From: Podarcis muralis | Taxonomy: Eukaryota | Direction: 5' to 3' | Length of the DNA stretch: 64,000 nt | Assembly (NCBI RefSeq): GCF_964188315.1 | Contig: NC_135667.1 | Span: 24,986,001-25,050,000 of the forward strand | Shown: in pieces, positions 34,601-46,165 of the stretch | Layout: each line of letters opens with the position of its first letter | How positions within the stretch are numbered: position 1 is the stretch's first letter | The notes under the pieces: generated by a model | Seen by the model: the letters and a program-made list of their open reading frames with translations, nothing else | What the model was told of the DNA's origin: nothing | The model's database searches: none | Translations under genes and position numbers: made by a program

Positions 34601-35300
34601 GAATTGAGAGTATATGACACACAGGGTTTTCTCGGATGAAGAGCTGCAACAACGTGACTAAAGTAAAGAGCTGTGGGAGCTTTAAGGCTGCCACACTTTG
34701 CTCTCTGGGAAGAAGGGCGGCTCATACTTGCCTCAGACACATGGGCCAATGACCCCCTCAAAATGGCGTTGGTGTGAGAATGGGATAGTGACACAGAAAG
34801 GGAAGGATACTGGATGCTCTTCTTCCCACAGAAGCGGCACATGGAGGAAGAAGGTGGCAACAGCCGTGGCCAAGCGAAGATCGCAGGTAAAATACTCAAA
34901 AAGGCTGCATCGCTCTGGCAAGGCACCACAAGGGGGATCCTTCAATGAGGCCTCTAGATGGTTGACGCTATCTAGGGAGGCAGTGGCAGTGGGCCGAAAA
35001 CGGGTGTTCCTAACTGGTGCTCCAAAGGACCGATGCCTCCACAGGTGGGATAAAGATCAAGAAGGGATCTAGATCCGATGCTCCTGATGCTCTGGGCCAA
35101 CTGTGCTGCCAGTGTCACCTCTGGGACCCTTTTATGCTTCTGGAGCAGGCTGCTGCAGATATGCGGAATGTGAATCGGGTTTGGTGGGAACCATTAAGTA
35201 CTGTGGTGGCCAGGAGAGCCGAGCAACGGTTGGCAGAACAATGTGGCTTCAGGAGGACGAGGAAGTCGTGCCCTGTGCTGCAAACAACGCCCACTTCAGG
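34600..35300. repeat. Unclassified ~700 bp module
   Basis: Also at 46580-47290 and (deleted form) 19600-20090. Confidence 0.7.
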
Positions 35301-35347
35301 ACTTCAGCACTCATGCGTGAAACATCATGTGTGAAACTTTCCTAATA

Positions 35348-36061
35348 CCGTATTTTTCACTCTATAGGGCACACCGGATCATAGGGCGCACGTATTTTTT
35401 TTTGGGGGGGGAGAATAAAGAAAAAAAACTTTATTCCCCCCCCCCCGGGCCCCAAAGAAGCCATGACAGCGAGCGGGATGGATCCTGCTCGCTGTCTTGG
35501 CTTCGTTTTTAGCCTCGGGGCTTGGGGTCCGGGAGCGAAGGCGAGGTTGCGCTCAACCTCGCCATTCCTCCCGGAGCTTGCTGCTATCCGAGGACCCTGG
35601 GAGCGCAGCGCTGTAGCCTGCTGCACACCACAAGCTTAGGGCAGCTATCTGCAAGCCTGTGGCGCCTGGAGGGAACTCCCGCCGGGCTCTGCAAGCTTCT
35701 GGATAGCTGCCGAAAGCCCAGGGTGCGCAGTGCGGCGCTCCCCGGACTTCGGGCTGCAAGCACCTATCCACAAGCCTGCGGATAGCTGCCCTAAGCCCAG
35801 GGTGCACAGTGCCACGCTCCCCGGGCTTCGGGCTGCAGGCAGGTATCCGCAAGCCTTCGGAGCCCTGCGGGAGTTCCCGCTGGGCTCTGTAGGCTTGCGG
35901 ATAGCTTCCTGAAGCCTGGAGAATAAGAGGGGTCAGTGTGCACCAACCCCTCTCATTCTCCAGGCTTCAGCAAAAGCCTGCATTTGCTCCATAAGATGCA
36001 CACACATTTCCCCTTCATTTTTGGAGGGGAAAAAGTGCGTCCTATAGAGCGAAAAATACGG
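35348..36061. mobile_element. pogo/Tc2-like non-autonomous DNA transposon
   Basis: TIR CCGTATTTTTC(A/G)CTCTATAG, TA TSD; empty site ttcctaaTAtacac at ~22137-22150; GC-rich internal repeats. Confidence 0.9.
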
Positions 36062-36213
36062 TATATACATTTTATATGCAAATTTGCCCAATACACATCT
36101 ATTTGCAAAGCACTATTATGCAGTATAATACATTATTATACCATTTTCAATGGCATTTGCATTATTATGCAAAGCACAGGAATTGTGATGTGTTTGAGAC
36201 ACAATGCAAGCAA

Positions 36214-37149
36214 TCATGCCAGGAGACTTCTAATTCTTTTTGGTATTTTCAACACGGCCTCTTGGATGTCTTTGTTCCTAAAGCTATAAATAACGGGATT
36301 CATTAGTGGTGGCAAAACATTATATAATAAAGCAGAGAGCAAATCCATTGTTGTAGAAGAAAGTGCTTTAGGTCTCATGTATGAAAACACAGCTGTGCTC
36401 AAAAATAAAGAAAAGACAGTCAGATGGGGGATGCAGGTAGAGAAAGCTTTATATCTGCCTTGAACAGAAGGGATTCTCAGCACAGCAGAGAAGATATAGC
36501 CATAGGAAAGAAAGATGAACCCTCCACAAAATGAATCTACAATAAACCCAATGGCAAAGATCAAAATTTGGTTAACCTTTGTGTCAGTACAAGAAATCTT
36601 AAGCAACTGAGGGACATCACAGAAATACTGCCCAATAATATTGGACCCACAGAAATGTAGCCTGAAAGTGATAATGGTATGTAATGATGAATGGATTGCG
36701 CTGCTTATCCAGGAAGCAGCTGCCATTTGGATGCAGGCATCCCAGTTCATGATTAGCTCATACTGTAAAGGATGGCAGATTGCAACATAGCGATCATAAG
36801 CCATGATAGTGAGCAAGGCAAGCTCAGAACCTGCAAAAGTGAAAACTAAGAAAACCTGTGCGACACAGCCAGCAAAAGAAATCCTTTTGTCATCTGACAA
36901 AGAAGCAGCTATGGATTTGGGGATAGTGGCTGAGATGTAGCAAATGTCTGATAATGATAGGTTGACCAGAAAGAAGTACATAGGAGTGTGCAGTTTGTGG
37001 TTCAGGGCAACAGCAATAGTGATTAGGAAATTCCCCACTAAGGCTGTTAAATAAATGGAGAGAAATATCACAAAGTAAAACAATTGTTCTTCTCGATTAC
37101 TGGAAAACCCCATCAGAAGAAATTCTGTCACTGTAGATTGGTTGGCCAT
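36214..37149 (-). CDS. Olfactory receptor, family 14-like (311 aa subtype)
   Basis: Intact ORF with full OR motif set. Confidence 0.96.
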   Translation of the reverse strand: MANQSTVTEFLLMGFSSNREEQLFYFVIFLSIYLTALVGNFLITIAVALNHKLHTPMYFFLVNLSLSDICYISATIPKSIAASLSDDKRISFAGCVAQVFLVFTFAGSELALLTIMAYDRYVAICHPLQYELIMNWDACIQMAAASWISSAIHSSLHTIITFRLHFCGSNIIGQYFCDVPQLLKISCTDTKVNQILIFAIGFIVDSFCGGFIFLSYGYIFSAVLRIPSVQGRYKAFSTCIPHLTVFSLFLSTAVFSYMRPKALSSTTMDLLSALLYNVLPPLMNPVIYSFRNKDIQEAVLKIPKRIRSLLA

Positions 37150-38676
37150 CTTAATTCTTTAGTATTTCTTAAAACAATTTCTTGAAGAGCAGCTCTGTTA
37201 TTGTGTTTTAGCAGCACCAGCAGAGGTGTTTGTAACACCTAAAATTAGAAAGGAGTTAATGAAAGTCTGTTGAATGAGGAAACATGCAGGCAATTGTATG
37301 TGGGGTTTGCCCCCAAACCAAATATGAGGTAATGGGTGATGCCAGCAGTAGACATTCAACTGACACCATTCATTCTCCCCGGTACTAATAGAATTTTAGA
37401 GTTGAAAAGGAGCATGGGGAGCATCTCAGCAAAGACCCAACTTGGTTCCATGTTGAATCAAGATTGAGAAAGTAGAATCAAATACACACTACAGCTTATC
37501 AGAGCAACCTTGCTATTAGATGTAAATAAGCAGATTCACATTGGTTTTTTTGCATAAAGGATCTTAATGATGGTGGGGTTTTTTGTTTTTTGCGAACCAT
37601 AATGCTTCTACTTTATTTTGAAAAAGCAAGTCACACACCACCTAGCATTAATTAAGTATCATTTGGCTTTGATGAGCGTTCAGAGTATAAAACCAATCAC
37701 CAGAATTTGGTAACACCCCTGTATTACCTTCTCTTACCTATAAATACTACCTATCTTTTCGTAGAATAATCATTTCTTCATTAATCCTACTACTGTATTA
37801 AACGTTTTGTGGTCTTTTCAGAACTGAAATATGAGCACTAGATGTAAATAAATTTAAAAATCCTCCTTGGAGTGTGGTTGCATAAAGGAAATTTACACTT
37901 GATGTTTTGGTATTTTTGCTAACCATAATGCTTTCACACACCTCCTAGCGTTAATGAAAAATCATGAGGCTTTTAGGCCCAATCACCAGAATTTTGAAAC
38001 ATGCAGGCAATTGTATGTAGGGTTTGCCTCCTTTCTTAATATGAGATAATCATCCCAAACGCCAGAATTTTGAAACACCACTTTATTATCTTCTCTTACC
38101 TATAAATACGACCTATTTTTTCATAGAATAATGTTTTCTTCATTAATCCTACTGCTGTATCAAACCTTTTACAGTCTTTTCGTAACTGAAATATGAATAC
38201 CTTCCAAGCCCTAGTCTACACTGAGGATGAAATAATAGGATTCTACTCACCTCTGTCTTTGTCTGGAAGAAGAAAGTGTCAAAATGTTGAAGTGTGGTCT
38301 TTAGTAGATGATTTATAGTTTGTGACAAAGAGGAATCAATTGAGCTTCCCTGCTTTCTGTAGTGTTTCAAAGAATCACTCCTTGGAGAACATCACCATGA
38401 GGATTTGCAAATCCTGATTTACAAAACAAGTGATGCAATTGTCTATATTTCCTAGAAATATTTCCCCTCTATCTTTAAACCACTGACCCTTAACTTCAGT
38501 CTTATGTAAGGAATGCTTAAGAGTGAAGTGCTGACTGAATGCAGACTGAATGGGAAACTGATTTCAAAACTTACATGGTGGTTATATCTTTTTTATTGAC
38601 CAAAATATCATGCTGCAGCTCAAATTAAGTACTGAATCTGATTAACATAAGTAAATTATTCTGACTATTCTGAGCC

Positions 38677-38830
38677 GGTATAGTGTAGAACTTAGAGTGT
38701 TGGACTAGGACTAGGGAACCCAGGTTCAAATCTCTGTTCAGCCATTAAGATAACTGGGTGATGAGGTTAAACTTGGGAAGGATGACCTCCAGCTCCTTGG
38801 AGGAAAGGGGGGGATATAATGACAATAAGT
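38677..38830 (+). mobile_element. tRNA-derived CORE-type SINE (Squam3-like), internally deleted
   Basis: tagtgtag..ttagagtgttggactagga..gggaacccaggttcaaatc...ctccttggaggaaagg. Confidence 0.7.
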
Positions 38831-40396
38831 AAATATTGGGTGCAAACCATCTGAGACAGGTCTATGATCTTAAACTGGAGCAATAGATTTGGTTAAAGAA
38901 GCTTGGGAAGGGTCCAAAGCAAAATGTTATGCTTTGAAATAGGATGTGGGTGTGTTAGGTGTTCACACCTATGGTGGAGATGAATTAGGAAAGGCTGAAG
39001 GACTCTAGCTGGAATGAAGCTGGTTTGAGAAACAATACTGTTACTGTTTCATCTGTATTCCTAGACCCCCCCCCCCCATCAAATCCCAGGATCTGGCAAG
39101 TGTTAAAATCTGAGCAAGGATTTTCATTCCTGGAATAGCCTCTGCTGTACCTCATTTCAAAGGAAACACAAACCCTGTTCATTTTGAAATGATTAACAAT
39201 GTCTGCATTTAAATTGCATCCATTTTTTACACTTTCTTAATGCACTCCTCCTGTAAAATACACATTTTTCATTTTTTTACATTTTCAATTCTTTACAATT
39301 AATTTCCCTATTAAATGTCCACTTTGTACATAAATATGTATTGTGAGGTATTCTTGCATTTGGAAACCTCATTGCAAATGCCAGTGTTGGACACAATTAT
39401 GGATCAGTCTTAAATATTGAGTCGTGTTGTTGAAGTTATCAATGGGCTTGTCCCTACTTTTTCCAGTCTTCACTACTTTGATGATTGCTTCCATGATCTT
39501 TTGATGTGAACTACCAACACAGGAATTTTATTCAACATTAAATGAGCAGAAATTTCACATATGATCATTTTGTGAGAAGCGTGTTAGATAATTTCAGCCC
39601 CTTCTCTCCCTCCCATCACAGGTTATTTATGTTACAAATAAGCACCCACAAACAGCATAAGAGATTTTGGAAGAGCATTTCGCATCAGCTTTTATTTCAT
39701 TCACCAGCTGCTAAGGAGTCTCTTTTATGTTCGAAGCATTAATGTCTGGCATGGAAAACTGTACGTTGACTTTCATTGCTGGAACTGGAAGTGCAACCCA
39801 CTCACATATTGAAAGCAAAACTTGTTGTTACTAACCCAACAAAGTAATGGTCAATGAATTCAATAACAATGACTCTGATGAACGAATCAAAATAGTTATC
39901 AAAAATTAGTTGCCAAAGACCTTTATTTGTACTATAGGTTTTTAAAAAATAAAATACGAATATTTCTGACTTTCTATCCACAGTCATAACCTTCAAGACA
40001 ACTGAATTTATAGTAAATATAATGAAATAAAGGTTTAAAAAATCTGTTCTAGGAACAAGTCAATAGAAATTGTATCTCTTTATCTCTTTTCATACACCAC
40101 ACACAGCCTCAGCAGCAATAACCGGGAAATGCATAAAAAAGAGCCCAGGTCATTCCTGTGGGATCCATTTCATATGCATGCTGAAATGTCATTATCTTAG
40201 CCTTACATCTAAAGACAAGCAGAGATGAAGTGAAAAGAACCTACCAGTAACACCATGATCTAGTCTAGTTTAGTCACAATTACACAATCGTACGTGTCTG
40301 CCCACTTTATTAAAAACAAAAACAGAAACAATGGGACACAGAGCAGAACAGGGTCATAGATGAAGACATAAGAACAAGGGTAGGTATACTTCAAAT

Positions 40397-40667
40397 CAGG
40401 GGAGCCGACTTGCCCCCACATTGAGGGAGCCCACGCATGTGATGCATTACATGATGGCGCTGGGAGGAGGCAGGATGCATGGAGAGTGATCTGTGCCCTT
40501 TGTTCATCTCAGCCCCTGCCTGGCTCCTGGGTGAGGGCAGGGGCACTTGGAGGACACCCGGTGGTGGTGGAGACTGGTTGCTCCCTTAATATTGCAGGGC
40601 TCAGCCCCCTGCCCACCAATATTGAGGGGGCCAAAGCCCCTTCCGGTCCCTATATGTGGCGCCCCTG
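40397..40667. mobile_element. hAT-type MITE
   Basis: TIR CAGGGG(A/C)GCC with 8-bp TSD CTTCAAAT. Confidence 0.88.
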
Positions 40668-40718
40668 CTTCAAATCATCTTGTGTATTATGTGCCAGTCA
40701 GAAACTTCCATATCTGAC

Positions 40719-41711
40719 TCAGGGAGTAGATGTTCCTGTTTGCATGTTATCCCACAGACCTATACAGCCACATTTTCCTTTGGTATGCTTTTTCCAGGAT
40801 CTGCCATAGATTTTCCACAACACTGCTTTGATCTCCTTGTTTCTCATGCTATAAATTATTGGATTCATCAGTGGGGGAAGGACACAGTAAGCCATGGCAA
40901 CTGAACTTTCCAGACCCACCACAGATTTGGAAGTTAGTTTTAGGTTGGCGAAGATGCCAGTGAAAGTAAATAAGGAGACAACGCTGAGATGAGGAATGCA
41001 GGTAGAGAAGGCTTTGTCTCTACTCTGTGCCGAAGGAATTCTGAACACTGTTTTGAAGATCTCCACATAGGACACAACTATGAATCTGAAGCAGCCGAGT
41101 CCTAGACATGCACTCAAGCCCAGAGCCACAGCTTCAATAAGGTACAAGTCAGTACAGGAGAGCTTAAGTAGTTGAGGTATCTCACAGAAGAACTGATTGA
41201 TGGTGTTGGAACAGAAAGGAACAGCGAAGGTGGCTCCAGTGTGTAATGTTGCAAAAAGGAGACCACTGATCCATGTACTAGTCACCATTTGGATGCAGGC
41301 TTCCTTATTCACTACTGTTTCATAATGCAATGGGTCACAAATGGCAACATACCGGTCATACGCCATGACTGTGAGGAGGAAAAAGTCGGATGCCATGAAG
41401 AAAAAGAGAAAGAAGACTTGAGCAATGCACTCCGAATAAGATATCAACCTGGTATTCATGAGACAGTTAGCCATGGCTTTTAGTAATGTGACTGAGATGT
41501 ACCCAAGGTCCATAACAGACAAATTTGCCAGGAAGAAGTACATGGGATTGTGAAGATGGGGATCTGTGACCACAGCCACAAGGGTGAGGATGTTCCCTAG
41601 CAATGCTGCCATATAGATCAGTAGAAAGATCACAAAATATACAAGCTGTATCTCCCGAACGTCAGAGAAACCCAAGAGGAGGAATTCCGTAATGGTGCTT
41701 TCATTGGACAT
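40719..41711 (-). CDS. Olfactory receptor, family 14-like (330 aa subtype, extended C terminus)
   Basis: Intact ORF; [54 protein letters not shown]. Confidence 0.94.
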   Translation of the reverse strand: MSNESTITEFLLLGFSDVREIQLVYFVIFLLIYMAALLGNILTLVAVVTDPHLHNPMYFFLANLSVMDLGYISVTLLKAMANCLMNTRLISYSECIAQVFFLFFFMASDFFLLTVMAYDRYVAICDPLHYETVVNKEACIQMVTSTWISGLLFATLHTGATFAVPFCSNTINQFFCEIPQLLKLSCTDLYLIEAVALGLSACLGLGCFRFIVVSYVEIFKTVFRIPSAQSRDKAFSTCIPHLSVVSLFTFTGIFANLKLTSKSVVGLESSVAMAYCVLPPLMNPIIYSMRNKEIKAVLWKIYGRSWKKHTKGKCGCIGLWDNMQTGTSTP

Positions 41712-41893
41712 TTTGTCCTTAATACATTTTGCCCTACAAAAAAACAGGCAGCATAACCAAAGTTAGTAAGGCGGAATTCTCTTTTTCTTACTCATATGCC
41801 CCCTTTTAAAAGGCTACTTTTAAAGTACACATTCATCACATACAAAAAGTTTCATTGCCCCATCCCCCACCTAACCCCTCTATTTTAATAGAA

Positions 41894-42133
41894 ATGGATT
41901 TGGGGGCAGTGGTTGAGATGTAGCAAATGTCTGGTTATTGTAGGTTGACCAGAAAGATGTACATAGGAGTGTGGAGTTTGTGGTTCAGGGCAACAGCAAT
42001 GGTGATTAGGAAATTCCCCACTAAGGCTGTTAAATAAATGGAGAGAAATATCACAAATTTAAAAAAAATATTCTTCTCGGTCACTGGAAAACCCCATCAG
42101 AAGAAATTTTCTCACTGTAGACTGGTTGGCCAC
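41894..42133 (-). pseudogene. OR14-like 5' fragment (~80 codons)
   Basis: ANQSTVR..LLMGFSSD...LHTPMY..LVNL...ICYISTT.PKSI; ATG changed to GTG, frameshifts, truncated at ATGGA. Confidence 0.9.
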
Positions 42134-44026
42134 CTTAATTCTTTAGTATTTCTTTAAACAATTTCTTGAAGAGCAGCTCTGCTATTGTGTTTTAGCAGCA
42201 CCAGCAGAGGTGTGCTGCTAAATGTCTAAAATTAGAAAGGAGTTAATGAAAGTCTGTTGGATGAGGAAACATGCAGGCAATTGCATGTGGGGTTGGCCCC
42301 CTATCCCAATATGTGTTAATGGGTGATGCCAGCAGTAGACTTTCAACTGACACCATTCATTCTCCCCAGTACTAATAGAATTTTAGAGTTGAAAAGGAGC
42401 GTGGGGAGCATCTCAGCAAAGACCCATCTTGGTTTCATGTTGAATCAAGATTGAGAAAGTAGAATCAAATACACACTACAGCTTATCAGAGCAACCTTGC
42501 TATTAGATGTAAATAAGCAGATTCGCATTGGTTTGAATGCATAAAGGACATTTACTATGGTGGGTTGTTTTTGTTTTGTTTTTTTGGGTTTTTTTGCGAA
42601 CCATAATGCTGCTTCTTTATTTAAAAAAGCAAATCACATACCACCTAGCATTAATGAAAAATAATTTGGCTTTGGTGAGCGTTCAGAATTTAAGATCAAT
42701 CACCAGAATTTTGAAACACCACTGTATTATCTTCTCTTACCTATAAATACTACCTATTTTTTCATAGAATAATCATGTCTTCATTTATCCTACTGCTGTA
42801 TTAAACATTTTATGGTCTTTTCAGAACTGAAATATGAGCACTAGATGTAAAGAAATTTAAAAAATCTCCTTGGAGTGTGGTTGCATAAAGGAAATTTACA
42901 CTTGATGTTTCAGTATTTTTGCTAACCATAATGCTTTAACTTTCTTTTTAAAAATGCAAACCACACACTTCCTAGCATTAATGAAAAATCATGAAGCTTT
43001 TAAGCCCAATCACCAGAATTTTGAAACAACACATTATTATCTTCTCTTACCTATGGATGTAATCACTTTTTATCAGAGAAAAATTATGTTTGCATTAACC
43101 TTATTTGCAACACTGGCAAATTCTTTCTGATCATGAACTTCTACTTTCTGATCATGAACTTCTATTTTGAGCTTCCATAAGTGTTCAGCTGAAGGAACTT
43201 AGGTTCCCCTTCATATGAAGTGTGCTCTTCCATCATGTGCATTAGAGCTTACATTTGAACGTTGGGGAACTGGGTGCACCCAATGGCAGTAATAGACATT
43301 ATGGTAGTGCAGTGGCTCTCAATTGACCTCCACTCAATTGCATCACTGCTGCGTAGCAGAAGTTAAGAAGCCTGCACCTGAACAGCTTTCTTTAGTTGTG
43401 TCTGTAGGTTCCCTTCTGAAAACTCTCACAGCCAATGTGATAATAATTTAAATTAAAAGGTCAGGTGATTGACAGGTACATGGCCTGCTCAAACTTAGAC
43501 ATCAGCCAGTAGCGGACAGCATAATGGGGTGCTGGCATACACTTGAGCTCTGCTCACTGACACTGCTGCTTAAGAAGGATAATCCAGTAATGGCCAGTTC
43601 TGCTAGGAACTCAAAAGGAAGTTATATTCAGGCTTCCATTTAATCCCAGTTGTGTATCAAGACCCCAGAGCATCCCCAAGGATAAATAAATACACACTGA
43701 AACAGAATTTTAGTTTAAGGTTAATGGGCAAAACTTTAGGGCAAAACTTTATTGATTTCAGCAATGTGAGTGGTATTGGCTTAGTCATTGGCAATAACTA
43801 TATCTGACTCCTGCCCACTTTGCAGGAAATCTGGAAGGCTAAACAACCAAACGAAGGAGCTCCGTCGATGGCAACCAACTGATGCTCACCCTGGGGTTCC
43901 TGTTGGGTCCTGGCATGGCCCTAACCCCTCAAGTGGACTTCGGATGAGATCTAAACCCACAGATTCCTTTACTGGAATACCCTTGTATTCCAGTAGATGG
44001 TATGCCCGCACCTCCCTTCCGCCGCA

Positions 44027-44657
44027 TCACAATAAGCCAATGCCTAACCGCCACACGAGCCCCACACGAGGCACCAATACCCTCAGATCCTGTAACCGAT
44101 CCTTCAAGCCTCTAATGATCTCGTCCATCCACACATCATTTCCGCCATCAGAAAGATTCATACTATCAGCCCGAAACAGGGCTCTATCACTGAAGGTAAT
44201 ACCAGGGTGGAAAATCACTCTGCCACCCAGAGCCAACACCTTGTTTGACACCTCAGGGTCAACATGCTTCCTGGTTCTGTTGGTGGCAGCTGGGCATGAA
44301 CTATTGTGCCAAACATGACACACCAGGAACTGCGACCAAAATATTGTGGTATCTGGGAGCACTGCTGCCACTCCTCCAAGTCCTTCTTAATGCAAGTCCT
44401 CAAGTCCATGCCCTTCAGCAGTGGCAAGTCATTTTCGCCCAGCTGCACAACGAACGCAGAAGGTGGGCCCCAAGTGGTCACCCGAGCCTTCACCAGTGGT
44501 AAAACTTCTTTCCAGCGTATCCCACGTCTGGACACACAGCAAACCTTGACTTCAGCGGGTAAGCCGAGCTGGCACCCAAAGCCAGTCTCCACTGATCGCA
44601 CACTGGCCCAGTGCACGATGCTGTGACCCACGATCCACACGTGCAACTCTGGCAACA
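44027..44657 (-). pseudogene. SGNH hydrolase exon, frameshifted
   Basis: Split between ORFs 44215-44658 and 44027-44371; catalytic His replaced (DSMN). Confidence 0.85.
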
Positions 44658-44703
44658 CTGAAAAAAAGGAAAAGACAAAACATGTTAGGAGGTGGACAAC
44701 ATG

Positions 44704-45600
44704 CTACTTGCTTTTCTGGATGTATCCCTTATAAGCATTGGACTTCCACCAGCCCAATTTTTTTATCCTGTCCACTGAAAGGCCCCAATGAACTGCCGTC
44801 GTAGCGGCGCCAATCCTGAAAGAATGGGCAGCAAATTCCAATGCTGGCAAGCCACAGGCCACAATAGGCTTCCATGTAACCCTAGTGAATTGATGCCTTG
44901 CTAAAGGGTTTCTATCCTCATGTATCAAGAAGGGGCGAATCTGTAGGATTCCAGGAGGCCTAATCTGTAAATACCTCCTGGTGTTTTTTACATGCGCCGT
45001 TGCAGGCAACTTAAGCAGGGCCCCCTTACCCCTTTGGTCCATTTTGGACCGACTATCCCGGACTACCAATTCTGCCTCTCCCAAAGATATGTCCTCTAAG
45101 TGCAGACCCATAGGAACTCCCCCACAGACCTCCTCAAAAGCAACCTCACCCATTCTATTGTGATAGAATAATTGGAAGAGAACAACTGTGCCTCATACCG
45201 GGACCAGCAAACAGATCTTAGTTTTTTGTGAAGTTTACATAATAGGTCAAAGGTGACAGGTCTGCGGCCAACACCAGAAGATGGTTGAAGTCTACGCCAG
45301 CCCTCCAGAGCCTTCCAGAGCACAAAAGCTGCACACAGATCATGGGCAAACAGGGGTTTGCAAAAAAAAAGAAATGGCAGCAGACTGGATTTTCAGAGTC
45401 TTAGCTGCACGCCAAAGCTAATATAAGTGTGCTATGTATTGTGAAACCTGATCTGTAGAAGAGGGTTGATCCACAGCAATAGATAAATTCTGCACACGGA
45501 ACGTTATAAAATCAGCCCAGGTTTTCTTGTAAGATTTAAATGTGGAGGGGGCCAAGGAAGAGACTACTCCCTGCATAACTATGCACTTCCAAGGCTCCAT
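44704..45600 (-). pseudogene. DIRS-type tyrosine recombinase, disrupted N-terminally
   Basis: C-terminal HSFRIGAATTA...LGWWKSNAYKGY is open; a stop after AHLY and frameshifts lie upstream. Confidence 0.9.
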
Positions 45601-46017
45601 AGGTACACCAGAAAAGGCTCCGGCAACTGCTATGCGTCCAGTGCCAAAGATCTGAAGTGGTCCATGTGAAAGCGAGACAGAGAAGCCAGGTGAATCCCCA
45701 GAAATGTGCCACCACCTTTTATATGCCCCCACGATCACACCACCGATCTCTGATTCGCCAATAGGCCATAGTGTGATTGTGGGGCCATTGTGTGGGCTGG
45801 GCTCAATCTCCCACCTCCTCAAGGATAGTAGAGGGGACACACCTTGGGCCTGCATGCAAGGCGGACCCTCAGTTAGGAAGATCCCATTTATCTAGCAATA
45901 AGCCAAAATGAATTCAGTCGAGCTTATTTTGAGCAAACATTATTTCGATTGCAGAAAAAAGTGACCAGATCAATTTTATTTCTATCAAATCACCATATTA
46001 CCACACATCATATATAT

Positions 46018-46165
46018 CCCTGCTAAATTTGTCCATTTCCCCTCTGACAAAGAAATGATCAGTCCATAATTTTAATGGTAGGTTTATTGCAGCTGTGAGA
46101 GACAGAATAACAACAAGTAAACCCCCAGAAACCCAGAAGACAAAAGTCAGAAATTGATTGACTTT
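46018..46165 (+). mobile_element. Tc1 transposon terminal fragment
   Basis: Duplicate of 34017-34190 with a different left-side deletion. Confidence 0.68.

Larger units (their letters stand above)
31228..43103 (+). repeat. Segmental tandem duplication, copy A (~11.9 kb)
   Basis: Colinear with 43104-55468: YR element, Tc1 end, SINEs, MITE, 311-aa OR, 330-aa OR, OR 5' fragment. Confidence 0.92.
43650..45889 (-). mobile_element. Tyrosine-recombinase retrotransposon, duplicate copy
   Basis: Same structure and same insertion site as 31780-33987. Confidence 0.9.

Noticed and set aside
35450-35930. GC-rich island with many overlapping ORFs
   Set aside because: It lies inside a TIR/TA-bounded DNA transposon and consists of internal imperfect repeats; no protein motifs.
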